DNA from: the human T2T-CHM13v2.0 reference genome, Homo sapiens
Assembly: GCA_009914755.4 (NCBI GenBank)
Contig: CP068257.2
Location: 41,792,001-41,856,000, forward strand
Direction: 5' to 3'
Length of the DNA: 64,000 bases
Both the position numbers and the translations under genes were made by a program. Below the pieces are notes generated by a model that worked only from the letters and a program-made list of their open reading frames with translations, did no database searches and was not told where the DNA came from. Below, piece by piece: positions 11,331 through 22,600 of this stretch; position 1 is the first letter of the stretch; each line of letters begins with the position of its first letter.

Positions 11331-12344
11331 AGATCTTTCTGTGGGGACACCATTCAACAAAGAGGGGAAGCCACAGCCAGACCCCCCTCCGCTCAAAGGC
11401 TTGCTGTTTCCTATGTTGCCCGCCACACTCCGTGTCTATAGAGCTGGGACAGTGGCAGTGCCCACCTCAGAGGTCACCGTGCAGATTAAATTCATCCCTA
11501 GACACGAAGTGCTGGGTGCAGGCACAGAGAACTGGAAGGAAAGGTTTCCTGTGACCGTGTGCTCCTTCTGCCCTCGGCTCGGGGTCTCTGCTGTGCTCGG
11601 CGTGGGTGGTGATGAGGATGTCACTGGGTGCACAGCTGGCCCCGCAAGCTGCCCGGACCCCAGGCCTCCCCTCTTTCCAGCCAGGATGTTGTGTGCTCAC
11701 AGCCTCTCAGGGCCACAGGTGCAGTGACTGCTGCTGCTGTGTGCTTATTTGCTGCAGAGACTCCACTGGGGCCAGGCTGAGCAGGACTCCCCAGACATAT
11801 CCAGAGGTCCTTCGAGAGGGCCGCATGGCAGGCACAGGGTTGAGGGGCCTGGTGGCATGGCCACGGCTCACCTGGGAGCGCAGGTGGGAAGCCCCCACAC
11901 CTAGCAGAGTGCAGCTCCTTCCCGCACAGCCACCTGCGCTCCTTGGCCTGACCCCGTAGGGCTCTCAATAAGAAACGGGGGCTTCCCCTCCTCCAGTCTC
12001 ACCCTCAGTCTCCACGTTGTCTCCACCTAGCACCTCCTCCTCTGATGCGTCACAGTCACAGGTCCTGGTGAGGAGGGAGCCACGCCAAGCACAGCGGCTG
12101 GAACAGGGGCAAGTGGGTGCCCACCCCGAAGTGCAGGCAATGAACTTGTGCTGTAGCCCATGGTGAGCTGTGGGGCTGTTTGTGACTGCAGCGTAGCCAA
12201 GCCCATCCCGCCTGATGCGGCCTCTTCATCCAGAGTGGGGGTGACGTGCCAGCCCCCACCTCACCGGAATGCTGGGAGGAGCGTCTCCACGGAAGGAGCT
12301 CACTTTGTCAGCTGTAATGTGCTGTGACTATCGTGTGAGTTCCC

Positions 12345-12680
12345 GGGTCACTGTAACAAGTCCCACAGCCTGGGGGCTTCAACAGAGAGAGCCTGAATGG
12401 CTCTCTCACCATTCAGGAGGTGGAATCCAGGGTCAGGGTGCGGCTCCGCTGGCTCCTGAGGCCTCTCTCCTTGGCTCTGTCTCCTGCTACTGTCCTCACA
12501 AGGCCATCCCTCTGTGTGGGTCTGTGTCCTCATCTCCTCTCCGTATAAGGACACCAGGCAGATTGGGCCAGGGCCACCCCACCAGCCTCATGTTACCTTA
12601 ACCACCTCTGTGAGGACCCCATCTCCAAGTAAGGTCCCTTGCGGAGGCATTGGGGCTTAGGGCTGCAGCATACAGATCTG
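12345..12680 (-). mobile_element. MaLR-type LTR (same family as 2524-2973), whose terminus runs into the minisatellite
   Basis: 'ctgtgtcctcatctcctctccgtataaggacaccaggcagattgggccagggccacccc...accacctctgtgaggaccccatctccaagtaaggtccc...ggggcttagggctgcagcatacagatctgggggagacacacggcccctaacag' parallels '...tcttataaggacaccagtcatattggattagggcccaccc...atttccaaataaggtcacattctgaggtactgggggttaggacttcaacatat.aattttgggggacacaattcagcccataacag'. Confidence 0.5.
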
Positions 12681-12945
12681 GGGGAGACACACGGCCCCTA
12701 ACAGTATCAAGGGTGGGTGGGCCCTCATAGGATAGGACAGCCGCCCAGTGGGGAGACACGTGGCCCCTAACAGTATCGAGGGTGGGTGGACCCCCATAGG
12801 ATAGGACAGCCGCCCAGGGGGGAGACACGTGGCTCATAACAGTATTGAGGGTGGGTAGAGCCCGATAGGATAGGACAGCCTCCGGGGGAGACACGCGGCC
12901 CATGACAGTCTCGAGGGTGGGTGGACCCCCACAGGACAGCCGCCG
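12680..12945. repeat. Minisatellite: about 69-bp unit x about 3.9, consensus gggagacacgtggcccctaacagtatcgagggtgggtggacccccataggataggacagccgcccagggg
   Basis: Four successive near-identical units read directly. Each has 'gggagacac[ag][cgt]ggcc.ctaacagt.tcgagggtgggtgg' then 'ataggataggacagcc'. The last unit is truncated (lacks 'ataggat'). Confidence 0.9.
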
Positions 12946-14240
12946 GACATTTCCTCCTCTGCTAGTCTGAAAATCACACTGTCTTAGGCAGACAGGGAAG
13001 AATCAACATTTCCATGCCAGGCAGAGGCCCCCGGAGCGCAAAGGACCAGAGGATCAAAGAGCAAACGTCACCCTCAGGGTCTAACGTGCAGGTGGCAGGA
13101 CCCCGGCCCTTCCTGTGTATCTGATTGTGGGTTTTGTCTCTGCCACGTGCAGGGATGGGTGCAGACTCCGTCCAAGGTCTTGGCAGGAAGAGAAAACTGC
13201 CACTGCAGAGGGGCTGGCTGAGGGGCTGGGATGGGGTCCCCGGGGCGCGGAGCTGCACACCAGCCCCTCGCACCTAGGCAGAAGGTCCATTGCCCTCTGC
13301 CCCGCAGCCTGCCCGTTCCCAGGCCAGCGAGGGCGCTCCCAGGCCGGTCTGCAGCCAGAACACAGCCCGTTCCATGTGCTTGTCCTCGGGACACATTAGG
13401 AATGAACCCAGGCCTCAGTCCTGGCCTCCTCCTCAAGGCTGGGTGCTCAGACGTCCCCCTCAGCCCCTTTCTCTAGACCTTCCGGCTGAACAAACGAGAA
13501 CATCTCACAGCCCTGCAACAGCCAGGAGCTGCTCGTGGAGCTCCACGCCCGGCTGGAGAGAGAGGAGGCACCCTGGGCAGCCCGCCAGCACCCAGGCTCT
13601 CACAGTGGAAGCCCACGTCTTCTTGGGCTCTATTTTGAAAGCTGTTCTTTCCACGACGGCTTTGACAAGAATCGATTTGAGTGAGCCGGCGTGTCAATAC
13701 AGGCCAGCACAGGACTGGCCTCAGGGCCACATTGGGGAGGGTGGCGACCAGGCCCTGGCTGCAGCCCACGTGGGCAAAAGCATGGCCAGGCAGGAGGTGG
13801 GGCCTGTGAGCTTGGCTACAGCGACCGTGGGCGCTGGGCCCGGGGCTCCTCAGCCCTGAGGGGAGACCCAGGCCCAGGCAGGCTCCCAGGCGGGCTCCCG
13901 GGCTCCCAGCCTTCCGATCTTCTCCCTTTGAGACCTTGCCTTCTGCACAGTGACAGGAAAGAGCCCTGAGTCCCACTTTGCAGGGATGTATTGCATTTCC
14001 AGAAAGTTCCTTCCGGGTGCAGAGTGATACATGAACCCTGGGGACTCACTCCAACTTGGTATTGATTTTCTCCACGGAGGACCCAGCAGTCACGGCCCGT
14101 GTCTGCACAGCCCCTTGGATCCTGCGGAGGAATTCAGCCGGCCCCTCCCCCTGTGCCGAAAACCACGGAGGCAAAGCCAGGCCAGGTTCAGGTTCCACGC
14201 AAAGCGCCCTCCTGTAGCCAAGCCCAGCCCCATGAGGTCA

Positions 14241-14298
14241 GGAGGCCTGGGTGGGGTCCCAGGTGGGGAGGCCGCCTGTGTGGGGTCCCAGGTGGGGA
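14241..14298. repeat. 29-bp tandem duplication (gtggggtcccaggtggggaggcYgcctgt x2)
   Basis: Two adjacent copies differing at one base. Confidence 0.75.
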
Positions 14299-17200
14299 GG
14301 CTGCCTGTGTGGGGGCTCCCGCCAGCGCCCCTCCCCGCTCATGGAGGCACAGGGACAGCCATGTGTGCCCGCAGGACGCCTGGCTCTGCCCACTCGCCCC
14401 CACAGCATGCTGAGGAGCTCGGGCTTTGCTTTCTAGGGTACAGTGAGAACACGGGAGAGGACTGAGAGACCGCTGGCTGCCGAGGGAGGAAGAGCAGGAT
14501 TCGCACCCCCGTCATCGCTGGGCCCACACGCTGCCGACAGCTTCCGCGTGTGGCCATCTGTCTTTCAGAAACCCTCTGGCAGAGGGACCCAGCAGATGAC
14601 ACGGGGGCCGTTCACACTCTGAAACCTGCCTGGAGTCAAAACACTGCTGGCGAGCCTCCACCGCAAACCCAATCCAGATGGTCTTCCCTGGTGGCCCTCG
14701 GGGTGGCGGGCACCCTGCCCACTCCCTGCCAGCCCCTGCCCGCTGGACTCCAGGCCCGGCCGAGCCCCCGACCGGTCTCCTGACCCAGCATGCTGCTCTC
14801 CCCTGGGCCCGGCTTTCTCGCCCGCTGGGACTCCCAGGCCCCTCCAGCCCAGCCCCGAGAGCAGGAGCCCCAAGGGAGGCTTGGCGGCTGTGGAGGCGAG
14901 TGGGCCACGTGTAGCTGGGAGGCCGGCAGGACCAGGAGCCCCTCACAGCGCAGCACCCACAGCATCACGAGCCACTTCCACTCCTGGGTGGCCTGGGGGC
15001 CCCCACCCTGCTCTGAGCTGCCCCTTGTTGTGACCTGGGGTCCCCCGTGGTGGGCCCGCCCCTTGCGCCTGGGATCCAGCCTCAGCGAGGCTCCAGAAGT
15101 GTCGTCTCCGCCGGCCAGGCGTCAGCGCCTCCACCCAGGATCACACACTCCTATCTCTGCACTTCTGCCCTCCATCCTGCTCCACGCCGCCTCTGCTTGT
15201 TATTCCAGCACATTCCAGGGTGATGCCTGCTGAAGCCACGCAGCCAGTGCCTCCACCCTACCCCCCATCTGACCCACCGGCCCCTTCCGCACGCTGGAAG
15301 CCTGCCCGGCCTGAAGTGTCCTCACCTGTCGCCCTATCCTCCCCTCCACTCCAGCCCACCGGTGACTCAGCCCTCACAGCTCTCTCCTCCCCGAGGGAGC
15401 CGGTGACTTGGCTCTGATGGTGCCGGGACCCAGCCCCGGCATGTTCAGAATCCTTGTCCTTTAACCTGCGTCCACATGTAGTCGCCTCCACCTCCCTGCC
15501 TGAACCTCCAGGCCCTGCAGAGCAAACACTGCTGCCTGCAGGAGACCCCTGGGGCCTTCTCCGTCCCCTCATCCTCCTAAGGAGCCTCCCCTGCCACCGT
15601 GCCAGAATGTGCCGGAGGAACAGAGGCCCGAGCCTCCCGTGGCCCCAGCGAGGCTTCCTCTGGGGAAGACAGTGAGCCCAACGCCCTGGCTCTCGAGGGG
15701 TGGACGGAGTCCAGCTGGCATCGACCGGGTGCCCCTCTTCACCGGTGTCCACAGTCCTTGAGAGCAAAGGTGGTCCCAGCAGTGGAGCAGAGGGCAAGGG
15801 TGGGGCATGTAGAGTCTCCAGGGAGCCACTGTTGGTTAGAGAGGGAGCCCGAAGTGGGCTCCGGACCCCAGCAGGGACAGCGTCCCCTTCCAGCGGGGGC
15901 AGCCGATTGATCTGGGCACACGAGCAGGAGGAGCGGCGCCACCCAGGGCTGACCTCACGGCCCTGCTCACGTCTCGGGGCATTTTGGCAGACCCACCTAG
16001 ACCTGGGGGACAGCCTGATTTCCTGCAGCCATGACCTACAAGGGTGGCAGCTCTCTCAGGCTTGAGTAACCAGGACACAGACCTGGGCCATTTAATGCGC
16101 AGGCAGCCCCAAGTCCCGGCAGGGCCAGAAGCAGAGACGGCGGCTGGGGATGAAAGTGCACGCTGGTCCCAGATGGGGCTGGGGGTGAAAGCTGCATGCT
16201 GATCCCTGGGCCCCCTCACTCTATGAGCTCCTGAAAGGAGGGAAGCCCCCACACCCTACTGAGTGGAGTGCTCCTTGGCCTGGGACCCCGTCCAGTGTCT
16301 GCTGCTGTGGGGGCGGGCTCTGGGCAGAGAGAGGCCAGACAGGCACCCAGGAAAGCTGGAACACATCCCTCCTGCTTCCCCCAGGGTTCCCAGAGGCGAC
16401 TTCCCTCCTGCACAGGCATTTGTCATCCTTACCCTCTAGGACAGCTTTGCCATGTGCAGTGAACCCCTGGACAGTGTTGCGTGCCACTTTGCCGGATTTG
16501 GACTGTATACAGACCGAAGCATGTGGCATGAAGCCTTCTGCTGTCAGCAAGTTCCTTGTCCCTCGACAGTATGTGCCCAGGCTGCCCTTCAAGGTGGCAG
16601 TGATGGCAGTTGTCTCTTGCACGCTGCGTACAGTTCTGTCACTGACTCTTACACACAGCCCTGGAGACGGGAGAGTGCCGGGAGCATTCTATGCAAGTGT
16701 CCTGGCCTTTGCGGGCGTCTCCACAGCACAAACACGAGTCAGGGACCACCCCTCTTCTGCTTCCATGATTCCACCAACTGGGTGGGGCAGAGCAGTGCCA
16801 GGGCCGGAGGCACGCCCCAGGTGAGGGCAGGTGGCCATGCCAGTGAGTGCACTGCGTTCTCAGTTAATTCATCCGAAATATTTCTAAGTTTCTTGATTAT
16901 TGCAGTTGCATCCCCAAGATAATGCCGCCCTCACCAAGTAGAAGGCACATGTGCTCTGATGGCCCCTCCCACACTGGGGTCAGGGCACAGCAACTTAGCG
17001 AGGCGACGTGGGGGCTCAGAGGACCTCGGACCAGGCTCGGCACATGGGGCTTCTCCAGCCAGCCAGGGGGAAGCACCCTGCAGACTGCTAACTTTTGCAA
17101 AATAGAGTAAAAAAGATCAGCTAGAAAAATAAAACAAAAAAGGAAAGATATACAAAATACAAGGCCATTTATATTGTTGCATTTAACAGTCATCAACTCA

Positions 17201-17599
17201 CTCCGTCTGAGGGGCGTTGGCATCTGTGGACACACTCAGTGCCGAGGTTTGTCCCACTGCGGGCAGGCACAAGCGGCTTCCTGGGGGCTGGCCCTCGCCT
17301 GCTCTGCGTGGCTGTGCTGCATGGGACACTGAGGCACCCGTCGGCTGCTCACTGCCTGGCTGCATCTGTGAGGGAGGAAACGAGCTGGGTACCAGCTCAG
17401 CCTCTGAAGACCCCACGGGTGCCCTAAGCTGTGATGTCTGTCCCCAAAGTTCATTTTGGGTGGGAGTGCTGGGGGTGCAGGGACAGAGGGTTCCAGCTCA
17501 CCCAGGGCCAGCCCTGACCAGACGGCAGGAACCAGGGTCTGCGGCTGGATGCAGACGGCAGGCAGATCATTCTGGGGAAATCCCTTTCTTAAACCACAT

Positions 17600-17985
17600 A
17601 CTGTCCTGGGCTGAGCAGGCCCCCCTAAAAACTCATGTCAACTCAGAACCTCAGAATGTGACCTTATTTGGAAATAGGGTCTTTGCTGATGTAATCAAGT
17701 TAGGGTGAGCTCACACTGGAGTATGGTGGGCCCTCATCCAATGACGGCATCCTTGTAAGAAGAGGGAAGTCAGCCCCACAGATGCAGGGAGGACAGCCAC
17801 GTTTCAATGGAGGCAGAGACTGGAGCCACACAGCTGCACGCAGAGGGACGCCCGGGGTCACCAGGAGCTGGAAGAGGCAGGGAGGACCCTCTCCTCGGGC
17901 CTCCAGAGTGGGCAGGGGCCTGAGGATGCCCTGATCCCCAATTCCAGTCTCTAGAGCTGTGAGAGGCTCAGCATCTTAGCTCCCC
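17600..17985 (+). mobile_element. MaLR-type LTR, plus orientation (same family as 2524-2973, opposite strand)
   Basis: 'ctgtcctgggctgagcaggcccccctaaaaactcatgtcaactcagaacctcagaatgtgaccttatttggaaatagggtctttgctgatgtaatcaagttagggtgagctcacactggagtatggtgggccctcatccaatgacggcatccttgtaagaagaggg...gaggcagagactggagccacacagctgcacgc' parallels 'tgttatgggctgaattgtgtcccccaaaattcatatgttgaagtcctaacccccagtacctcagaatgtgaccttatttggaaatagggtctttgcagatgtaat...gaggtcatactggattagggtgggccctaatccaat.tgactggtgtccttataagaagagg'. Confidence 0.55.
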
Positions 17986-19554
17986 AGCGTGTGGCCTCTG
18001 TCAGGGCAGCCTTGGGAGCTGAGCCTGGCCCCTAACTCTCAGGAGCTCTCCCACAGACGGGGTTCTGCATCTCCCGAGCACGTCCGAAGCCCCCTTTCCA
18101 CAAGGGCCACTGCTCGCCAGGCTGACGGTGACCGCCACTTCCCTAGGGACCCACCTTCTGTTCCCAAAGGCCCTGCCTGACACCTGGCCACTCAGCCCCA
18201 CCCCGCCTAGCCTGCACGCCCCACATGTCCACGGGGTCTTCTCTGAACGGGCCTGGCCTTTCGGTGGGGAGGCGAGGACTCCATTTGAGGGCTGGCCCCT
18301 GATTGCTCCAGCATTTCAGTGACATTGTGCCCCAGGCCGAGGGAAGACTCTGGAAAAACTTCCCACCAAACTCCTCTTCTGCAGAGTTGAGCTGACAGGA
18401 AGTCTGTAACTTTCCTGCAAAACGTTATTCTACCCCCGCCAGGTGAGCTGAGATGGCAAAGGCTGACGACAAGGGTCCCGGGAGTCCCCACAGCTATGGG
18501 GGAGGGTAACTGGCCCCCCCCCACCCTGTGGGGAATAGCAGCAAAGCTTCACACAACCCCCAGGGCCAGTGTCTGCTGCTGAGCGCAGGTCCCACCAGAG
18601 CCAGCACGAAAGCCATAGAAAGACAACCTGAAGTCACCAGTGTCCCTCGGCAGAAGGAACAACCCGTGGTGTCTCCCGCTCCCTCCCTGCACAGCCATGA
18701 AAAGAAAGGGCCTGTGTACTCTAACAGCAGGGAGAACACAGTCCCCAAGACCCCCACAGGCTGGGAAGTCAGAGATCACAGGAGAGGTCACCTCTGGGGG
18801 TCATGACTCGGGGGAGTCCCTGGGGGGGACCAGGGGTTCTCTGTGGTTCTGGCGTGCTCTTGGAGGGACTCACTGACACGCACGGCGGTTACACGGGCGC
18901 AGACACGCAAAGACCTGAGCACGAGATAAGATTTGTGTCTTTCGTGGTACGTCAGCTTTACCCCATTTTTAAAGACTTTCAAAAATGTTATTCTGGGCAT
19001 ATGCTTTGAACAGATTGTAACCCCACCCCAGAAGGAGGACCTTGGATGTGGAGCTGGCAAGCTGGAGCCGCCCAGGGCTGTCCGTCTCCCTGTGGCTTCT
19101 TCTCCAGGAGGCTCCCGGGAGCAAAGCCGAGTCGGCAAGGCCATCCGCCCGCTGAGCAGGTGTTGGCTGCCTGGGTGGCACTTCCTGTGCTGAGGCTCAG
19201 GGCTCTGAGCCCTCATGGCACATAAGGTCTTGAGGACAGTGACCACACAGCCCAATCGGCCGGGCAGGTGGACTTAGGAGGGAGAGCCGGAGGCTGCAGA
19301 GTGTGCTCCGAGGTACCCTCCGCCTGGGACTGTAAGAACAAAGAAGGCTCTGGGGTAAGGTGACAGGGACAACTCCAGCAGAGAAGCGGAGGGAGGGGTG
19401 GAGACAGCACGAGATGACCGGAGACCACATGTTGGGTAGTGCCGGCGGGGGGAACTATGGGAAAGGGATTGGGCCTGGCATGAAGACCCCCAGCCCAGCC
19501 CCGTGGGGGTCCTAGCAACCCCAGAAGTCCTGCTAAGACCCTGGCACAGACCCC

Positions 19555-19600
19555 ACTTCCCTGAGACTCAGCTTCCCCATCTTTAAAGTGAAGCCTGGCG
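19555..19600 (+). mobile_element. MIR-like fragment (core 'ctcagcttccccatctttaaagtgaag')
   Basis: Similar to MIR 'gcctcagtttcctcatctgtaaaatgggg'. Short and diverged. Confidence 0.25.
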
Positions 19601-22600
19601 CCTGCCTGTGAGTGCGCTGAAAATCAGATGATGGCAGCCACAGAGGCGCTCAGCACAGCGCCCAGCGCAGGGCCGGGACCCAGAGTGGACTCTACCGTGG
19701 GGCTGCCTCAAAGAAATCTCAGCAAACACAGGAAGCCAGCCCACCCGTGCAGCCATGGGGCCAGGAAGCCCGCCCTTTACCAAGTCATTTGGGCATTTTT
19801 TCTCTGTGCTAACAGCCCAGATGGAGCCATAGCCTCAACCTCTGTGTTCTGATAACACCAAGCTGGGACGCCGGAGCCATGCAGGGGACAGTGCCCGGCC
19901 TGAGGCTGCAGCCTGGGTCTGGATGCCTTTCTAATTCAGGGCCTCCTCATGGCCTGGTTCCATAAATGGTCAAATGCAGCCTGACAGCGCAGCCTCCTAT
20001 CAGCGCTGGGCTCCGTACCGCCACACAGCCCACATACCCCGTTCCCCAGGAGACGCCCGCAGGTGGGCAGCGTCACTCCCACCCGCCGAGCACACGCTGT
20101 CCCCGTCTCGTGTCCCGAGGAGCCGGAAGCAGCTGCTTCCTCCCAGCCTGAAAGCTGCACCTCGGGCTGCACTCGGCTCCCCGAACCCGCCCTCCGCTGC
20201 CCTGCAATTCGCCAAGGGAGCTACCCTTCCCATATAAAAATTTCACCTCCATTTCCTTGTAGAGAAGAAACATTTCTGACAGCAAGGAAGATTCTAATTT
20301 GAAAAGCAAGTGATTCATCTCCCGGTGCCAAACAGCAGACGCAGGCGTTACCAGTCTGGGTGGGGCGCCCGAGCTGGGGACCTGGGGTCCTCTGGGAGGG
20401 GCAAGAAGGCAGCGATGCTGGCCCCCGCCTCCATCTGCCCATCCCATCTGCTTCCACACACCGCCCTGCCGTAGCTGCTTGCAGCCCTTCTCTGTCAGTT
20501 TCTCCATCTTTTGGTTTGGTGATAAATGAGAGTTCCCATCGGGTGTGCCACCCTCTGTGTGACGGGGAGCAGAGAAGACCCTGCGTCCAAGTCCTCCTGG
20601 GGGAAGAGCGAAGATGCTGGGACCAGCCCCAGCTGTCAGGGGGTCTCCAATCCCAGCAGGGAGGCCCCACGCATGGCTAGGATGCCCCAGACCCCAGGAA
20701 CTGAAGGAAGTGGAAAGGAGGGCCCGCAGTCCTAACTAAGGGTTCAGACACCCCCCCAGTGCACATCCAGGCACGCCCCCACCCCCTAGGCCTGGTTCTA
20801 GGTCTGCTAGCTCCGAGAAGGCCCCTAACAATGACGCAGTCAGAGGGGCTGCGCTGGGCTCACGCTCAGTCCCACTGCCCCAGGGGTAGATCCGGCCCCT
20901 GGCCCACGCGCTGTGGAGCCTTGGAGTGTCTGTGCGCCCCTTCCTTGGAGGGCAGCTGCTGAGGGGCTGCTGCGGGACCGGGGAGCCTCCTGGCAGCAAG
21001 CACTCCCAATGCGTTGCTGGGACGCTGTGATGGAGACAAGATCCTGGCTTTGAAGAAAGCCCTTTCCACCCTGTCCATGTGGGGGTCTCCCGGTGCCCCT
21101 GAGCCAGCGGCCCCCTCCTGCAGGCTCCGGAGGACTCCCCTGCCTGCATCTGGTCTCGCATTTCCTCCGTGACCTCCAAGCTCCCACTGGGGGCACACGG
21201 CTGCCCCGCTGACCCCAACTCTGACCCTGTGCCGGTGGTGGGCAGCATCTGGCATGGGGGAGGTACCATTTCTTCCACACTCGCGCGTCCTCAGCCCAGA
21301 TCATCCGGTGAAGTTTCCCCAGCAAGTGGCTCCCCCTGCCCCCTCCACCCTGCCAAGTGTGGTCCCTGGGCCCCCGACTTCCCTTCTCAGCCTCTGCCCC
21401 TGGGTCTGGGGCATGCATCCAGCCATCCACGCTCAGGGAGGCCACCTCCTCCCTCGCTCTCAACCACCACAAAGCTGCCCGGGACCTTGTTCTATCCTTT
21501 CCAAAAGTCCTCAGGACCTGCCTATCTACGGAGCTCCCAAAACGCCCTGTGAGCTCTCCTGGGCCCCTCCTCTCCTTGCTAATAATGTCCCACATGGTGC
21601 TGCCTGCCTGGCCCCAAAAGAAAAGGACCCTGGAGTGAGTTCTGAACACAAACTCGATGAAAGTGGCCCCCTGCTCCACCTGCCGAGTCAGCCCCTCCTC
21701 AGACTCTCCCCTTGGGCAGGGAAACCTGCCGAGGCCTGACTGTTTCTTCCTGAAACAGCCTCAGGCTGGAAGGAGAGGGATCCACCCTTGGCCATTGAAG
21801 CATTCAGCAGGAATCAGCCCTCAGGGACCGAGACCCTGCGACCAGCCCCGCCCCACAGGTGCCGGTCCTGGGCAGCCTCCCTTGCTTAGGCCACACTGCT
21901 CCCAAGAAGCCAGGATGAGCAGCTCGCAATAGGCCCCCAACACGCAGAGTGCCATGCAGAGGACGGGGGCACCCCAGAAAACTGCAGACACTGCATGTCC
22001 TCTGGGAGCCCCGGCCCTGGGAGACGATGTGCAGTGGCTCCAGCTCTGACCTCATGAGCCCAAGCTCCGCTACACACTGGGTCCTGACCTGACCTGGGTC
22101 CCGGCGGCTCTCCGGCCAGGCCTCTCCCGGTGCCTCCCGCCCCTGAGGCCGGCACCCAGCATCCAGGCCCCTGTATAGTCATCCCCTCTTCAGGAATCTG
22201 GGTCATGGCTGCAGGATAGGGGCTACCCAGAGCAGGATGTGGAGGGAGGGGCCGCAAAAGCCGGAGAGAATCCACAAGGCACTATTTAGCCACCTGCCCT
22301 TGATTCTAATTCTCAGTGACGAGATTCTTTGCTTGGCCAAACTCTATCAGGCCCTTGAGCCTTCTAGGCCACCTGCACACTTCCTTGCAAAATCCGGTTT
22401 TAGCAAGAACACTGCTAAGTGACTTCAGCCAGAACTGCCCCGCCCCGTATCTGATCATCCTCGTCAGGGCAGCATGCTCGTCCTCCGGCACCCAGGTGAT
22501 GACGGATGACCCCGCCTCCCTTCAGCCAGAACCCTCCCACCCCTGCTGTTTGTTCTTAGTGATGTTCCATCCGAGGACCCCACTCTGCTCCTGGGCTATC

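Noticed and set aside
12680-12945. Interstitial telomeric repeat (each unit contains 'ccctaa')
   Set aside because: There is only a single CCCTAA per 69-bp unit, embedded in non-telomeric sequence, and no (TTAGGG)n run anywhere in the window.
11205-17708. Similar peptide tails 'MTLFEKRVFADIIRS' (11205-11426, minus) and 'VTLFGNRVFADVIKLG' (17217-17708, plus) suggesting a small gene family
   Set aside because: Both are translations of the same MaLR LTR segment 'tgtgaccttatttggaaatagggtctttgcagatgtaat' in two repeat copies, so the similarity reflects the shared repeat sequence rather than a conserved protein.
20840-21679. 279-aa (minus) and other 150-300-aa ORFs in GC-rich stretches (e.g. 34183-35085, 58175-59104, 40394-41050, 44458-45147, 5469-6002, 13290-13859)
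   Set aside because: In about 60-65% GC DNA stop codons are rare, so ORFs of this size arise by chance on both strands at once, as seen here with overlapping ORFs in several frames. The translations are low-complexity (Pro/Gly/Arg/Ser/Ala), lack recognisable domains, and several span tandem duplications. Without splice-aware gene prediction or homology I cannot support any as an exon.
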